A DNA stretch of 62,966 nt, the filler included, from Reticulomyxa filosa (Eukaryota; Protista; Foraminifera), in assembly GCA_000512085.1 (NCBI GenBank). It is 20 parts of 20 records of this genome, joined end to end, with 100 filler letters (N's around TTAATTAATTAA, not from the genome) between each part and the next. Parts side by side here need not be neighbours in the genome. Positions count along the whole stretch, not along the records: positions 36,827 to 47,327 come from ASPP01001449.1; positions 47,428 to 48,745 come from ASPP01022466.1; positions 48,846 to 50,674 come from ASPP01040630.1; positions 50,775 to 52,409 come from ASPP01036210.1; 16 more parts are not named here. One strand, given 5' to 3'. The notes beneath the pieces were generated by a model, which was not told the DNA's origin, did not search any database, and worked only from the letters and a program-made list of their open reading frames with translations. Position 1 is the stretch's first letter; every line of letters starts with the position of its first letter. Made by a program: the position numbers and the translations under genes. This document shows positions 38,385 through 52,409 of this stretch, in pieces.

Positions 38385-41300
38385 CTATTTCTTGCATTGC
38401 TGATACACATAAGCATAAGCAGCACTACAATTTTCCCACAATATTGTTTCTTTGGGAAAAAATTCCATTTCGTTTTCAAAAAGATAACAATTTTCCAAAT
38501 AGTCACTAATTTTTGCATTTACATTCATGGGTTTTTGTCCTTGTTCTTGCGCCAAGTTTCTCCAGCTTTCTAAAATCTTCCGGGTTATGGCCAATGGAGT
38601 CTTGGTCACAAATGTGCGCAATTGCTCAAACATTTGATTGGCTAAAGGTTTTTGGTAGATATCCAAGACATATTCGTCGATGGAACTTTCATCTGTAAAC
38701 TCCGATTTCACCATTGAACTCAAGTTCTTCCACAATACAAAAATGTGTTTAACACATAAGCCGTGGTCATTTACTTCTTTGGTTCGGACATCAAAAAAGG
38801 CGCAATCGGACTGATCAAATGATAATTTCTCCATGAGGTGTGCTAATCGTTGATTTCTAATTCAAACAATCGCAATTACCAAAAATTTAAAAACAAAGGG
38901 GTTATGCACACACAATGAACAGACATGAATCGACTTAACGGATCAATTTTTTTGATATTTTGATGCAAGAATACAATGACATCACTTAGTATTTCCAGTG
39001 TCCGTTGTTTTTGCACAGGAGATTCAAATGAGCTGATAAATGTGTCCCACAAACGAGGATCCAATCGCTCCTTGGATATTTGAGGATTATTCATGGCGAT
39101 GGTTTCCAAGCAATTTTCAATTCGTAATTCATTAGAAAATTGGAAATTGCTAACGGCAATTTCTAGAATTTGCCGGCCACGAACAAACCGATTATACAAT
39201 TCATGCTCAATCGATTGAAAGTCCAGAGAATGTTCTGTGCGTTTGTTTATGTCGCCTAACGTGACAACCGGTAAGCTCCATTGGCGAATGATTTCATTGA
39301 CTTTTGCTTCATCCAGGCAAACGACATCCTTCGGCGTGAGTTCAAACAAAGAGATACCATTGACAGCCCAAATGTCCTCCTTGACATTCTTCTGTTTATC
39401 GGAACTGACAGGTGGCGCAATATTCAATTTTTCTTCCGCTCTTTCGTCTACAATATTTTCAAAGAACGATTCCTTCTTCTCTTCACTGCCATCTTTGTTG
39501 TCTTCGTCCCATTCAAATCGTGAACGTTCGCGATAATGGCGGCAGTTTTCCAAAAATTTGTTGTTAATTTTTTGCAATAAACCGATAATCTTGAGAATGA
39601 TCAATCCATTGTCACTATCTCGAGCCATGCAAAATTCCACTCCAATTTGTTTGTCATTATCCAGTTCTGGAACCACAAAGGTTTTGCACTCGTTTTCCAC
39701 TTTCGTGCGCGCCAGTCTGTTCCAACACGTTTTGAAGTCACTCCACATTTTTTGATATTCTCCTTCTCCACAATTGCTTAATACTTCCGTAATCGTTATT
39801 TGTTTGCACTGCGCTTCTGAGATTTGGCGGAAATAACGCAAGTAGATATATTTCATCCATGCTCCAATGTTTGGTAAGTACTTGAGTAGCCAAAGTCCAT
39901 CATTTGGAAACAGGATCTGATAGAGCAAAGGATATTTTGATTGCAACGACTTGTCATTTGTAAATTTTTCGAGTAAATCAGTCATCAACAGCCGACGGGT
40001 GCATAAAAACAAATGTGGCAAATAATTGGCCCGGTATGATTCATTTAATACGCTCTCTTGTTCTTGAATTTCTGATAGAATCAATTCAAAGTCTTTGACA
40101 TTGCACTTCTTTTCCTCTATCGAACTCTTGTTTCGCAATTCATTCAATCGAGTTTTGTTGCCAAAAAATGCTCCATATTTAATGTCTACTTTCCTTTCCA
40201 GTTCGTATGTTGCACTCAAACTAATGTCTGTAAGTCCTTGTGGATACCATTCATTGAAGGACTTACCAAAATCTACCAGTAAATCGTGCAAAGCAATACA
40301 CAGCTGTTCTTCGTTCAATTGTACCAGCTTTCCCAACAACAGGAAATTTCCTTTCGCTTGGTTTCGTAAAAACTCGGTTGTTGTTTTTTGATTTCCTTTT
40401 TTAACAAGTCTCTGAATTTTTGGACAACCATTTACGGTGCTGGCATCTCTTATCAATAATGGCAGATGAATTAACAAGCGTAACAGTGTGCATGGTATCT
40501 GTTGTAAATACCTTATCATTGTCATCATTTGATAGGTCCAATAATAGTCTGCCACTGCTAATTCTTCTTTCGATCCATCTAATAAGTATCTACGTTTTGT
40601 TTTTCTTATGATGCATCTGGCTCTCTGTTCAAAAAAAAAAATATATATATGTACGTATATTCATACCCTTTTGGCACTTCTCTTTCTTTGAATCCAGTAT
40701 CGGCAGCAACATGCGAAGGGTCACCAACAACAGCCCCACATCCATCCACGCGGCATACAATTTTTTCAACAGGATGTCCGCATCCATTTATAAAAAATGG
40801 ATGGCCATTTGGACAATATCGCACTGTGAAGGATTGACCATCGCTGTTGTCCCTCAACGCTCGAGCCAAAGGAGCAAGCAAATCATCCGGCATTGCAGGA
40901 AGATATCCTGACAAAAATGCTTCAGGATCCTCCAGCAGCATTCGGAATGGATTTTCTGGTATCCCAACAGATTAAAATACATATACATTTACTGGAAAAG
41001 AAAAAAACATATAAAAAAGTTACAAAATTCAACTGTTCATAGTCTGAAGTATTCCTAAAAAGTGAAAACATAATCTGGCCATAATTACATCCAAACTGTC
41101 TTGCATACGTTCCAATCGATAAGCTTCAGCAGATGGAGATCGTCTCAAGGACATCATTGCTTTACAAAAATTTGTTTCCACTTCCGACTGGAGTACTTTG
41201 CGCTCCAGCAAATAATTTTGCAAGTCTTTGCCCAAAAATGCACCATTAACAAAAAAAAAAAGATAGATATATACGTATTCCCTTCCCTTTTCTCATTAAC

Positions 41301-44300
41301 TTTGCACGTGATTCGAACGGTACTTGAAGTCGGATAGATTGACAATGGTCAATGAGCAAACAAGCAACGGTATGAAGTTTTTATGATCTCCATTGTAGTT
41401 CAAATTAAATGCTCCAGTTTCCAGACCGGTCAGCAATTGCTTTTTGAAATCCGAGTAATCTTTTTCATAAACTCCAATGAAAGGTCAAAAGATGGAGCAT
41501 TGGACGATGAACGATCTAATTTCTGAAATACTGAACTAGTCACGAACACATGGCAGTTGTCGTGTATCGTGGGATGAGTGAATACAGATCGAGTCCAGTC
41601 CATGCCTTTGAGGACATAAAATTGTTTCAAGAACCATACATGTAAGCTGTGTTGATAACGTTCATTTCTGTCATCAAAATAAGTCAACAATGGTGTCACA
41701 TTTCCTAGTGCCTCAAAGAGACCATGATTGTTTTCAATTTCAGAGGGTCTCACATGTTCCGCCATCCAATAGATATGTTTGATTAACATTACTTTAATTT
41801 TGGAAATGGTTTGAATAGTGTCATTGTTTGTGATCAATTTATTATCCAAAAGTAAAGGGTCTGTGGAATTCATAAAGACGTGTTCGAACACACGATTCAA
41901 TAAAATGCTTTCAAAGCTCAATATATTAAAGTCTTCAGTGATCCATTGATTACGTACCATTTCTTCCAATCTTTGCAATTTTATGATATCCCTTTCATTC
42001 GCAGAAGCGTTGACAAATTCTTCCGGTTTCCAAAACATTCGGCAAACCAATTCTCGATAGTTTTTTTCATGATCTGCATCGGTTATTTTTTCAATTTTTT
42101 TGGATACTTCCAACAAATCATGAATGAAATGAACGCATCGATTGTCTTTTAATCCCATTTTTTTTGCGTGTTCGATGATATTGCAAATAGTTTTATTGTC
42201 TTGCAGAAATCCATTTTTACACAATTCCAATAACACTTCATCGTTTTTATTCTTGACACTCGTGTTAATACTCTTCAATAGTGAATGTTTAACCCCAAGA
42301 CGGCGCATTTCAATTTGTCGAGATATCGACAGCAGTTCTCCGTAATAATGATTGTCTCTGGAAAAATGCGTTTCGATAAATGACAAAATCCCAGGTGTCA
42401 CGGAGCAGACTGCATCCATTACCTGTTTGAAATTATTGAAGCTGCATTTTTCTGTTTGTTTTTTTTTTTGTTGTTGTTAATTTGGTTTTGTTTTCTTTTG
42501 AGAGGAAAAAAAAAAAGACGTATACGTCTGGTTGAACTTGAGATGAAGTATTGGTAAAGCGCAAGAGTTAATTGATGAAATTTTTCGGTTGTTGTTGCAT
42601 TTAAATTGACTTGTCTGATCTGTTCATACTTGTACGTTTCGTCATCACAATTGACAATCAATTGAGTGTAAAGCGCAATGACATCACGACAGCAATAAAA
42701 CGTGGATTCGATAAGGGCGATGGACAACTTGTTCACTTGGCATACAGCAAAGATAATCCAAGTAATAACGTCTTGAAGCACAGTCAAATCAAACTCTGTT
42801 TCAATTGGCACTGACAATTTTTGGCGAATCAAATCCAAGAGATAACATTTGCAGTTTTCATCGTCACATGATTGTAATAGTTTGAACGGATCATCATTGC
42901 CCGCAAGCATGGTATCCAACACGGCAGCGATGGATGTGATTTTGTTGTTCGTATTGATCGGACGATCGGACGGATCTTTCATCTCTTTTTCTTCCAAACT
43001 GTCATTTAATGCCACAATTTTGGTATCATTGGTAATTTCGTTGGATAGCTTGGCATTGCACCATTCATGCAATTGACGACTGAATGGAAATGCCGCCACG
43101 TATTGAACGCGAACCACATATAATTCCGTTTCCAATGAAGTCAAGCGAGAAATGATTTCAGTCACATCATTCACGGTCACTAACGAACTATTCTTCAAAC
43201 ATTCGATAAACAACTTATTTTTATCCGACGATTCATTCTCGACGCCTTCAAAAAATCGAATAAGATAGCAATTTTCGTAAAGCGCCAATAACACATTGAC
43301 AAGCGTCATTGTCATGAGCTTGTCGATGGTATTTTGATATCTTTCATGAAACGAGCCAATGGAGAGTATTTTTTCAGTCGAACCGACATTCTTCACAACG
43401 GGTTTATTCAAGATTCTCGCAATAGGTTCGTTTAGCGTTCCTTTGGAAACCATTGCTTTCAATCGATCTCTTATACTGTCTCGAATTTCTTGGAATTTAT
43501 CATCCCCAAACAATCTGTTTAATCGATCAATTTCATTGTCTGTGTTGACGTGATGCGGAAATTGTAACCTCGCCAATGCCCGTCGTCCATTTTTCTTCCA
43601 AAGTTCCTTGGAGTCGCTATCCACGATATCGGATATGTTTTGCGTAAGCACCACATCCAATTGCATTGGGTGGATGGAGGACAATGAGTCAACGTATACA
43701 AACTTCCATTTTCGCGAAAAAATCAATGGCACCGATTGATCTAGTGAACCTCGACTGACGTGTACAACCAATACCACCAACTTATTTTGGTTGCTTTGTG
43801 CTTGATAAAATCGATGATGCGCACTTTGGAGTACGTGTTTGACATACACAAATTGTGTAAAGTTAGTTTTTGTGTGACGATATTGCAACAACAGGATATC
43901 TTTGGAATCGTTTTTAACGCTAAAAAAATTTTCGACTGCTCTTTCGAAATCGATGGCTTTGACGTATGAGTCAATCTTTTGCAAGTACGGACTCCAATCC
44001 TTGGAAAGATTGCATTCAAAGTCGCAAGTCAATACCATTAGCATTTGTTCGTTTGCATATCTTTTGTGTTGATCCACGGTCTCGGCAAAGGTCAAAAATG
44101 TTTCCTGCTTGGCTCTCTTTTGATCGAATCTTTCCTTTCGATCGATCGCCACTTCGACAATGGCCTCGGGTCGACATAAAGGTCGAAACATTTTCAACAC
44201 TCGTTCTTCGAGCTCTTCGTCACTCCATTCTTGAGCGGGAATTTGCGGACGTTCCTCTTGATATTTGGATTCGTTGTCCGGCATTTCACGTTGTTGGGCC

Positions 44301-47300
44301 AACAGACATGATACTACAGACGCAATCGTGTCGTCGCAAAATCCTGGGAATAATTTGGGCAGCTCTTTTTTGTCGACACCAAAGACACGCAAGAGGACCG
44401 AGCCGGCCTTTTTTGTCCAATCCCGTTTTTCCAGAGGCAGAGAGGAGCGATAGGAAATTAATTGCTTTTCGAAACGGTTTAAAAATGCAATTGGCATTTC
44501 AGGTGAATATGCGTCCGCCTTGTTGACGATGACAACACATTTGAATCCAGTTTTCACAAAACAGTCCTTGCTTTCACTGCCAAGTGCCACTCGACAGTAC
44601 ACATTGCCCGAAGGCTTTTTTTGATATCTTTGATTGAGCATATCGTACAAGCTTTCGTGGATATATTCCAAATTGTATAAAATGACCCGTTTGCCAGTGT
44701 CCATGCAATTGATGACCTTGTTTAAGTGATCGAAATAAGTAATCGTGGACGCTTTGTCATGGACAAAGCTACTGCCAAACAAAAACACATCATCATAACT
44801 CAATATGTTGTGGTCCAACAAGATTTGCCAGGAATGCTCCATTTCACTAATTATCATGCAATGGCGACTGATCATATAATTATCATCTTGAAGATTCGAA
44901 TATGTACTTCGAGTGTCATTTAAATTACTGTTCACGCAGTTCAATGGAGTCCATTCGTTCATTTTGGTTACCACTTCTCTTTTTTCTATTCCCAATACCG
45001 AGGTGAGAATAGAGCCCAAGTGCTCTTGCAAAAAGTCGTTTGCAACACCTCCAAAGTTTCGCATAAAGCCTTGGAAAGATTGCTGATACGACACGCTATT
45101 CAATTGATGTCGAATCAGCGAATAAAAATCTCGAGCGCCAAAAAAATGTTGCTTTGGTTTGAATGCAGGTGAGAGCTCTGTGATGACCCTGTGATATACC
45201 TCTGCGATATTTCGGATTTCACATTCCAAACAATCATTGGCAATATGTCTGTTTGAATCCTTCAAAATTTGTTTGTGATGTCTCAGCATTTCACGGGCAG
45301 TAAGGGCCAAATCGTCTTTTTTCATATCTGGGATACGATGCATTACGACACGGTTCATCTTCGCAGCATCAAGACTCCAATTGGAAATGCCCACAAATGA
45401 TATTTTCGGATCTTCCAACAATTGGTGCAATATCTTCAAAGGTCCATATTTGCTGTGTTCTGCCAATCCAATCTCATCCAACAATATCATGGGTTTGATT
45501 TGTTTGTCATCAGCATGTCTCATGGTCTGGTTCCATCGCTCTTTGATTCCGCTAGGTTTGCTGTCGCGGGTACATTGAAAGGCGATGGTATGGATAGGTT
45601 TCACGGAAATTTCAAAGTCATGTTTTGCCAAGCTTTCCCGGAAGATTGGGGTGGCACTGTGCGACAAATTATTACGTATAATTTGAAGCGACAATGTTTT
45701 TGAAGTGCCAGGATTGCCAACCAAAATAATCGGAGTAGTTGTCATTATACATAAAAATAAAATGAACAAGTTTTCTTTCAATGCCTTGTTCATGGCCACA
45801 CCGCTGGGAATATTGAAGGAAGCACACAATTTTTTAACTTCCTCTTCCAATGGCACTTTCAATGAATTTCCACCTGCATCGCGAATTGCCCGGTCCAATC
45901 CATACCGTTCGCTATTTTCCAAACGGAAATAATATGACAGTCCCAATGCAATATTTATACATCTCTCCATCCATACACTGCTGTCTTTGGCCGAATAACC
46001 TGTTCCCTCGACTATCAACCAAGTAAAGATTTTTAGACATCTTGCCACGTCTCGCAAAGATGTAATTGCCTTGTCCTTCAACTTATCCCGCAAAAACTTT
46101 TGTGCAATAGCAATTCTGCGAGCAAATTGAATTTCGCTTTTTTCAAAGGTATAACGTAATTTCTCCGGGAGCCTCGTTTTCACTTTTCTTGTCATTTCCC
46201 AAATGTATTGCCTCTCGTCCAAATCTGACAATCTTCCAAACATCCATACGTATTCTTTCATGGTTTCACATAATGGATATACGCGATATACGTATTTGCT
46301 CAATGGATCATTGGTCAATGTTGACTCTTCCTCTTTGCTCAGTATACGTTTGCGATAAGGATTGCATGCAGCAATGATTTTTATTTCTTCAGGGATTTTG
46401 CGTCCATCTAAAGTATGATTACAAATCAATTCTTTAAACCAGCCGATATCTGGTGATGTGTTCACTTCATCTAAAAATAGCCACAACTGATCAGTCTTTT
46501 TCTCATCATCCGAACATCGGTTTGGATCTTGAAGTTGTTTCAATTTCTCCACGCATTTTTTGATAGTGTCCCGAATCTCTTGCTTTCCAAAGCCGCCATG
46601 AATATCCACTTCCTCCAATTCTACATCGGCAGCGCATGCCAAGCACTTTATCAATGAGGTTTTGCCACAACCAGTTTCTCCCATTAACAGCACTGGAGTA
46701 TTCGAGCGTATCTTCAATGATATTGCAATCATCTTTAAAATGTTGTCGAATGTCAATACGTAATGCTCAAATTCCCCATGGCACAAATGTACGGTGATTA
46801 TGTCACGTTGGAACTCTGGCGTTCCCAACACTTGGAATAACAGCGCTGCCCTTCGTTGTTTTTCGTCCGTATTTCCTCCTTCTTTTCCCTTTTTTTTTTT
46901 TTTTTTGTGGCCATTTATTATTATTATTTTAAACATAATTTATGATATAGAGATAAAGGCAATGTTTTGGTTGGTGTCATAAGCAACTTGAAGCATAATT
47001 TCTCTTTGTCTTTGGTCGGCTTCCCAATCAAAGAGCAAAAATCTTAAGTGTCTCAGCATTTCAACTTTCTCTGATTGCAAATGTTTGGTGTCGCTGATCA
47101 ATAACGATATTGTTTCTGTTTTTGTTTTCATTATTAACAACACATATATAGTATAACATATATGTATATGTAATGCTATATAAAGGTCTAAAAAAAAAAA
47201 AAATAAAAATAAAAATCGAATACCTCTGTCTTGGTTGACTAAATAAAAGAAATCTTTCGTTTCGTGCCATTTCTTGCACAAGTAGAATTCCTCGCTGCCT

Positions 47301-47327
47301 GAGCTTTCATCGTCTTTCTTTTCATCG
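38385..47327 (-). CDS. RNF213: RNF213 (mysterin)-like giant AAA+ ATPase / RZ-finger E3 ubiquitin ligase; multi-exon, 5' partial
   Basis: PVLLMGETGCGKTSLI, LFLDEVNT, IIAACNPYRK, YRVYPL, SLRDVARC, ILVGNPGTSKTLS, LLDEIGLAE...PLKILHQLLE, VGISNWSLDAAKMNR, FFGARDFYSLI, LYDMLNQRY, FLNRFEKQ. RZ finger YCPNGHPFFINGCGHPVEKIVCRVDGCGAVVGDPSH at about 40711-40821. Confidence 0.9.
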
Positions 47328-47427
47328 NNNNNNNNNNNNNNNNNNNNNNNNNNNNNNNNNNNNNNNNNNNNTTAATTAATTAANNNNNNNNNNNNNNNNN
47401 NNNNNNNNNNNNNNNNNNNNNNNNNNN

Positions 47428-48668
47428 CGTCATTGTCATTGTTGTTATTACTATGATTGTGTGGCTGTGGTCATTGTTATTGTTCACGTAGTCTGTATTG
47501 TCATTATTTGCAGGGCTATTGCTATTATTGGTATTCGTATTTAATATTATTAACATTAATATCTGCATTTGCATTTGTGTTTGTGTTGTAGTGATTGTAA
47601 TTATTGCTGTCAGTCACATTGTTTAATTTGGTTGGATCCGTTTTCGAATTGCTGTCTTCCTTGGAAATGGTCATTCCTTGCATGCCAATTGTAATTCCTG
47701 CATTCAATCCTCCTTTGGTTTCCCCGCGCCGATTTTGGTCCAGGGTTGTCGCACTCGGTATCTGCATCGCTCGCGCGGTTGGACGCCTTGGATGGTATTG
47801 CCGATCACTCCGATCCACGTCTTTGGAGGGGGAAGGGGGAAGGGATGTCACTTAAATACTACTACTGTTACCAGAAGATCCACTTATGCCCATTCCCATG
47901 TTCACATTCATTTCACCGCTCATGCCTTGTCCCATTCCCATGCCCATGGTATAGGTTTGCGGTATGTGGACACGATTCCGTTTATTGTTGGTGGATAGTA
48001 CTGCGGATGATGCAACGGCTGAATTACTGACGAGTAAATCTCATTACCATTGCTGCCATTGTGATCCCGTTCATTCAAATGGATCGTGGATTTCTTCACT
48101 TGTGCTTGTGTTGGAGTTTTCTCATTCTCTGTTTGTTGCTCCCAATGGATTGACAATGACACATTGTCCGCCGAAACACCAAACTTGATCCTTTTTGAAA
48201 AAAAAAATGATAAAGTGTTTTAATTTTATTTTAAATGTTTTTATTTTTACTTCATCATAAACAAATAAATAAAAATATAAACACGATATAAATAAATACG
48301 TATACACATATATGTACATATACATAATATGTATATGTATACATAAAACGTAAACAATTAACTAACAGCTTTCAAAGTTTTCAGTCATATTGTCCGTTAT
48401 GAAAACATTGGTGTTTTTAAAACAGCCCTCTGAACAGACCGTGTAAGTACTGATAATCTGGTCTATGTTCAAATCACAACTCCCGACAGTACTTTAGGTA
48501 CAGATAGCATTTTTGTGGCAAGTCCTCGCACAACTCTTGAACCGACGTTTTTTGTTTCACCGTCGCAATTTGAGCTCAACGTTTCCAAATCGTCTCTGCA
48601 GGCTTGTTCGTGTTTGCCCGTCTTTGGGACGATACACTATTTTGTTAGCCCAAAGTCGATCACATAAA
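47428..48668 (-). pseudogene. Casein kinase 1-like pseudogene (C-lobe plus low-complexity tail)
   Basis: YVIDFGLTK*, PKTGKH, EQACRDDLETL and ELCEDLP...YLKYCREL*FEHRPDYQYLHGLFRGLF*. Three in-frame stops, frameshifts and internal deletions. Confidence 0.8.
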
Positions 48669-48845
48669 CTTTTTTAATTTTTGAATATGCATACATATAA
48701 CATACAAATAATATTTTTTTAGCAACATTTATCACAACCACAAGTNNNNNNNNNNNNNNNNNNNNNNNNNNNNNNNNNNNNNNNNNNNNTTAATTAATTA
48801 ANNNNNNNNNNNNNNNNNNNNNNNNNNNNNNNNNNNNNNNNNNNN

Positions 48846-48971
48846 TCAATTATGAATCAATATCAAAATATTCCAAATTATTCTTCCTTGATGAATGATG
48901 GAAATTTGGAACTATATCCTGATCATGCTTTGCAACAAAAAATTCAAAAATTTCTGGAAAACTTAAAGTGA
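48846..48971 (+). CDS. 3' end of a U-box protein (fragment)
   Basis: SIMNQYQNIPNYSSLMNDGNLELYPDHALQQKIQKFLENLK* is nearly identical to the end of the U-box ORF at 50396-50593. Confidence 0.7.
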   Translation, partial: SIMNQYQNIPNYSSLMNDGNLELYPDHALQQKIQKFLENLK

Positions 48972-49690
48972 TTTTAATTTTTTGATTGTAAAGTTTTTTT
49001 GCTTTTATCAAACATTTTGTTCAAGCTTTGACTTGGATTGAATGAACATGTTGTTTCAAAGGCACTTCCTTGAAAAAGTACTATTACATGTGTCAACTGA
49101 ATAAATCATACATTTATATTTGAAATGCGAATTATTATTTTTAATTTTGTTGTTGTTAATCCAAGACATTCAAATTGTTTTCATTATTTTGAAATTCTTT
49201 TTTTTATTCACTCAAAATTAAGAAAAATGTAATAGTCTGCAATTTATTTTGGCTGTTTACTAAATATGAGATTAAATGTAGATGGATTAAAAAATAATTG
49301 TGAAATAGATATGTTTAATTTACCATAAAGATAAAATGCTCTCTTTGAATGGTATTATTAGTTTTTGAACAAGAGGTATTACGTAATCAATTGCATTATT
49401 GATTATGGAACATTAATGGCATTGCACATTTTTTGAATTAGACGAGACGGCCAATGTCATAATTTCTAAAATACGACCAGATCAAGCAGGATCCTTTTAG
49501 TTTTGATATTAATATGTAATATCTTCACTATAAATGATGCCATTATGAAAGTAACATGCCATTCCATTTAATATTATCTGATAATGCCAAATAACGAAAT
49601 AAGCTTAAATAATAGTCTCAATTGAAAGTCTAATATTTCAATTATTAAATAATGGAACTAACTTGTCTTGTATCGATTATATTTTAAATC

Positions 49691-50039
49691 ATGATATTTC
49701 TTATTTTGACAGACGATCAAATTTTTATTGAAATTGCACAAATCAATCGAATAGACTCTATATCTTTATTGCAGCTATCAAAAAAAGACTGGATGGACGT
49801 ATTCGGTTTGGGAGAGTTGAATGATGCATGCTACGTCCACAATACGTTTTTGAGTGATGAATTTCCGATTGACAATGAACCCAATCAAGTTGCAAATGTG
49901 CAAAATGTCCCAAACGAATATTTGTGCTCATTGTCTAAATATTATGAAAGACCCTGTCATTGCTCGAGATGGAGTCACTTATGACCGCGAATCAATTGTG
50001 TCCAAAGCTCGTCAACTTGCTTTGCGACACAAGAATTAA
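49691..50039 (+). pseudogene. SAM-like plus U-box remnant (frameshifted, truncated)
   Basis: IDSISLLQLSKKDWMDVFGL (SAM-like), then VPNEYLCSLSK / IMKDPVIARDGVTYDRESI split across frames. Confidence 0.7.
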
Positions 50040-50395
50040 CTAATTTTTAAAGGCAAAGCAGTAACTGAGTTCTCATTTTTATTTCATTGACGAAGTCTCA
50101 CAAAATGTTTGTTTGCAATCCAGTAATTATTGCATTAAAATAATGCCATTCTTTCATCCAAAGTGAATGTTGTACGTTTTGATTTTGTTTGATGTCAATC
50201 AAGTGTTAAAAAGCGACAAAGCAATTTATTTGATCTATAGTATGAAATAAAGTACTGCATTTACTTTTTTTTTTCATTTTCCCATTTCAAATTATGTGGA
50301 AGAAAAAGTCAAAGAATGTACAATTTCAATAATAAAGTAAATGTCTTTCTCCACAAAACTTGAAAACAAAAAACCATGCACACAAAAAACGAAAA

Positions 50396-50674
50396 TCATT
50401 TTGAATTTTTAAAAAATTGTTGGATTTTTTGTCGCAAAGTATGATCAGGATAAAATTGTAACTTTCCATCAATCATCAAAGAATAATAATCTGGAATATT
50501 TTGATATTGATCCATAATTGATGATCGATCATATGTTATTCCATTTAAAGCAATCACAGGATCTTTCATTATTGATTTTGATAATGGACACATAAATTCT
50601 ATTGAATGTCTTGTGGAACTTCATCTGAATCAATTACATAAATTGGATATTTTTTACAAATTTCATTGAATGAA
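50396..50674 (-). CDS. U-box domain C-terminus (5' partial; frame disruption just upstream of the U-box)
   Basis: EFMCPLSKSIMKDPVIALNGITYDRSSI...FYPDHTLRQKIQQF. Confidence 0.8.
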
Positions 50675-50774
50675 NNNNNNNNNNNNNNNNNNNNNNNNNN
50701 NNNNNNNNNNNNNNNNNNTTAATTAATTAANNNNNNNNNNNNNNNNNNNNNNNNNNNNNNNNNNNNNNNNNNNN

Positions 50775-52409
50775 TGCGAGTAAATTTTCGGATCAGTTTG
50801 ATCTTCTCCTCCGCCTCCTCAAAATTGTAGCAATTGATGGCAGCCTTCACAATCGCCATCACTTTAAACAGCCACCTTTCGATTGATGATTTCGTTTCAG
50901 ACTCTATCTTTTCGATTTCTTTCATAGTATTTTCCCCTACGTATTCAAGTACATATTTTTTGGCATCTTCGATTGCTTGCAATTGTGCCTCTAAATCGAT
51001 CACATTTTTTAAATCCACTTCATTATCGCCCAGAGTCAATACTTTCATCATTGTAGTTTTGGCCAAAGCTCTCAACGAACGTGATAGAGAGTTTTTGAGC
51101 TCCTCAAACACTCTTTCCACTTGCGCATCTCCATCTTTGCGTTGATTGATTTTGGACATTTCTGAAGTGACATCAATGTAACGATGTTCATCCATGGCTT
51201 TTAACACTTTGCCAGTGTCGATCACATTATTAAATAGAGCCTCTTGATGCTTCACAAATAAATCACGAAATTTACAATTGGATTTGGTGTGCTCATCCAA
51301 GGTACTTAATGCCTTGGTTACAAGTAGTTTGGATTTCAATGCTGGCAAATTACTTTGTTTTTCCAAATTCATTATGTCATCGGACAAGTTCCACCAAATA
51401 TTTTCAAGTTTGCTGTGGAATTGTTTCATCATGTCCTGAGGAAAAAATGCAAATATCACAGGGTGATTCTTTTCTAATTTATTTATTTCATACAGTCGAC
51501 TCACAATCACCTCTACTTTTTCCACAAACTCATTCGTGTCTGTATTGAGTGACGAGATTTCCGTATAATCCAACCATCGGAGTTGATTTTGAACAAATTC
51601 ACCATAGCATTGCAAATAGCGTTCCATCAAACATAATGTCGTGGCAAGATTTTGTCTCAATGTACTTTGATTTTTCTCTCCGCTTTGATTTCTCTCACTT
51701 TGATCGTTGACTGTCACAATGTCTGTAAAAGAAAAAGTAGTCTCTTTGCATTTTTTCAAATAATGTAATACTTTTTCAGCTCTTGAAGCATTGAGTATAT
51801 GGAATATGTAGCCCACGCCTTTAATGTTATCGATTTCACGCTCATATTTTCCAATCCTTTCGATAAGTTCATTTTCGTTATTGGCTAATCTTGAGATTTC
51901 AGAGTCTAAGAAATCTCGATTCTTTAAAAATTCGGAGACATTCTCCAATATCACTTTTTTCTTTTTTTGCAATTGACGGAACTCTTTTTGAATTTGTTGA
52001 TATTCTTTCAAACTTTTACCCAATTTTTCAATGTGAGTTTTTTCCAATTCTTTTTTTTTTTTTAGTGTTTCAGATTCAGCCTTTACCTGCTTTTCTTGTT
52101 CTTCAACTTGTCCAATTGATACATAACCTTGTTGTTTCAAAAAGTCAGTGGCTTTCTGCGGACTTTTGTTCTTCCGACTCTTTTTTATGAGTAATTGATA
52201 ATTCTGCTTGATACCCATCAATTTCGAAATTTCTTCATCTATTCTCTGAATTTCTTTATCAAAATTGTTTTGTTTTTTTTCAAAATCTGTATTTTTCATT
52301 TTTATTTCATCTTCAATGGATTGGATTCGGGAATCTAATTCTTGTGCACTCTTCAATTTCTTTTGTTGTAAATATGCATTGGCATGATTGAGACTTTCGA
52401 CATACACTT
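50775..52409 (-). CDS. Internal fragment of a large coiled-coil / all-alpha protein
   Basis: An uninterrupted ORF of about 545 codons spanning the whole contig, with K/E/Q-rich heptads. No family recognised. Confidence 0.7.

Noticed and set aside
26929-46982. Many 60-190 aa ORFs antisense to or overlapping the STAND, actin, PH, WW and RNF213-like genes
   Set aside because: Shadow ORFs of real coding sequence with no independent motifs.
3480-48640. Alternative genetic code or stop-codon reassignment suggested by in-frame stops
   Set aside because: Conserved genes end at TAA (SNF2, actin), TGA (STAND) and TAG (AGC kinase), and long ORFs have no internal stops. In-frame stops mostly co-occur with frameshifts and deletions in relics.
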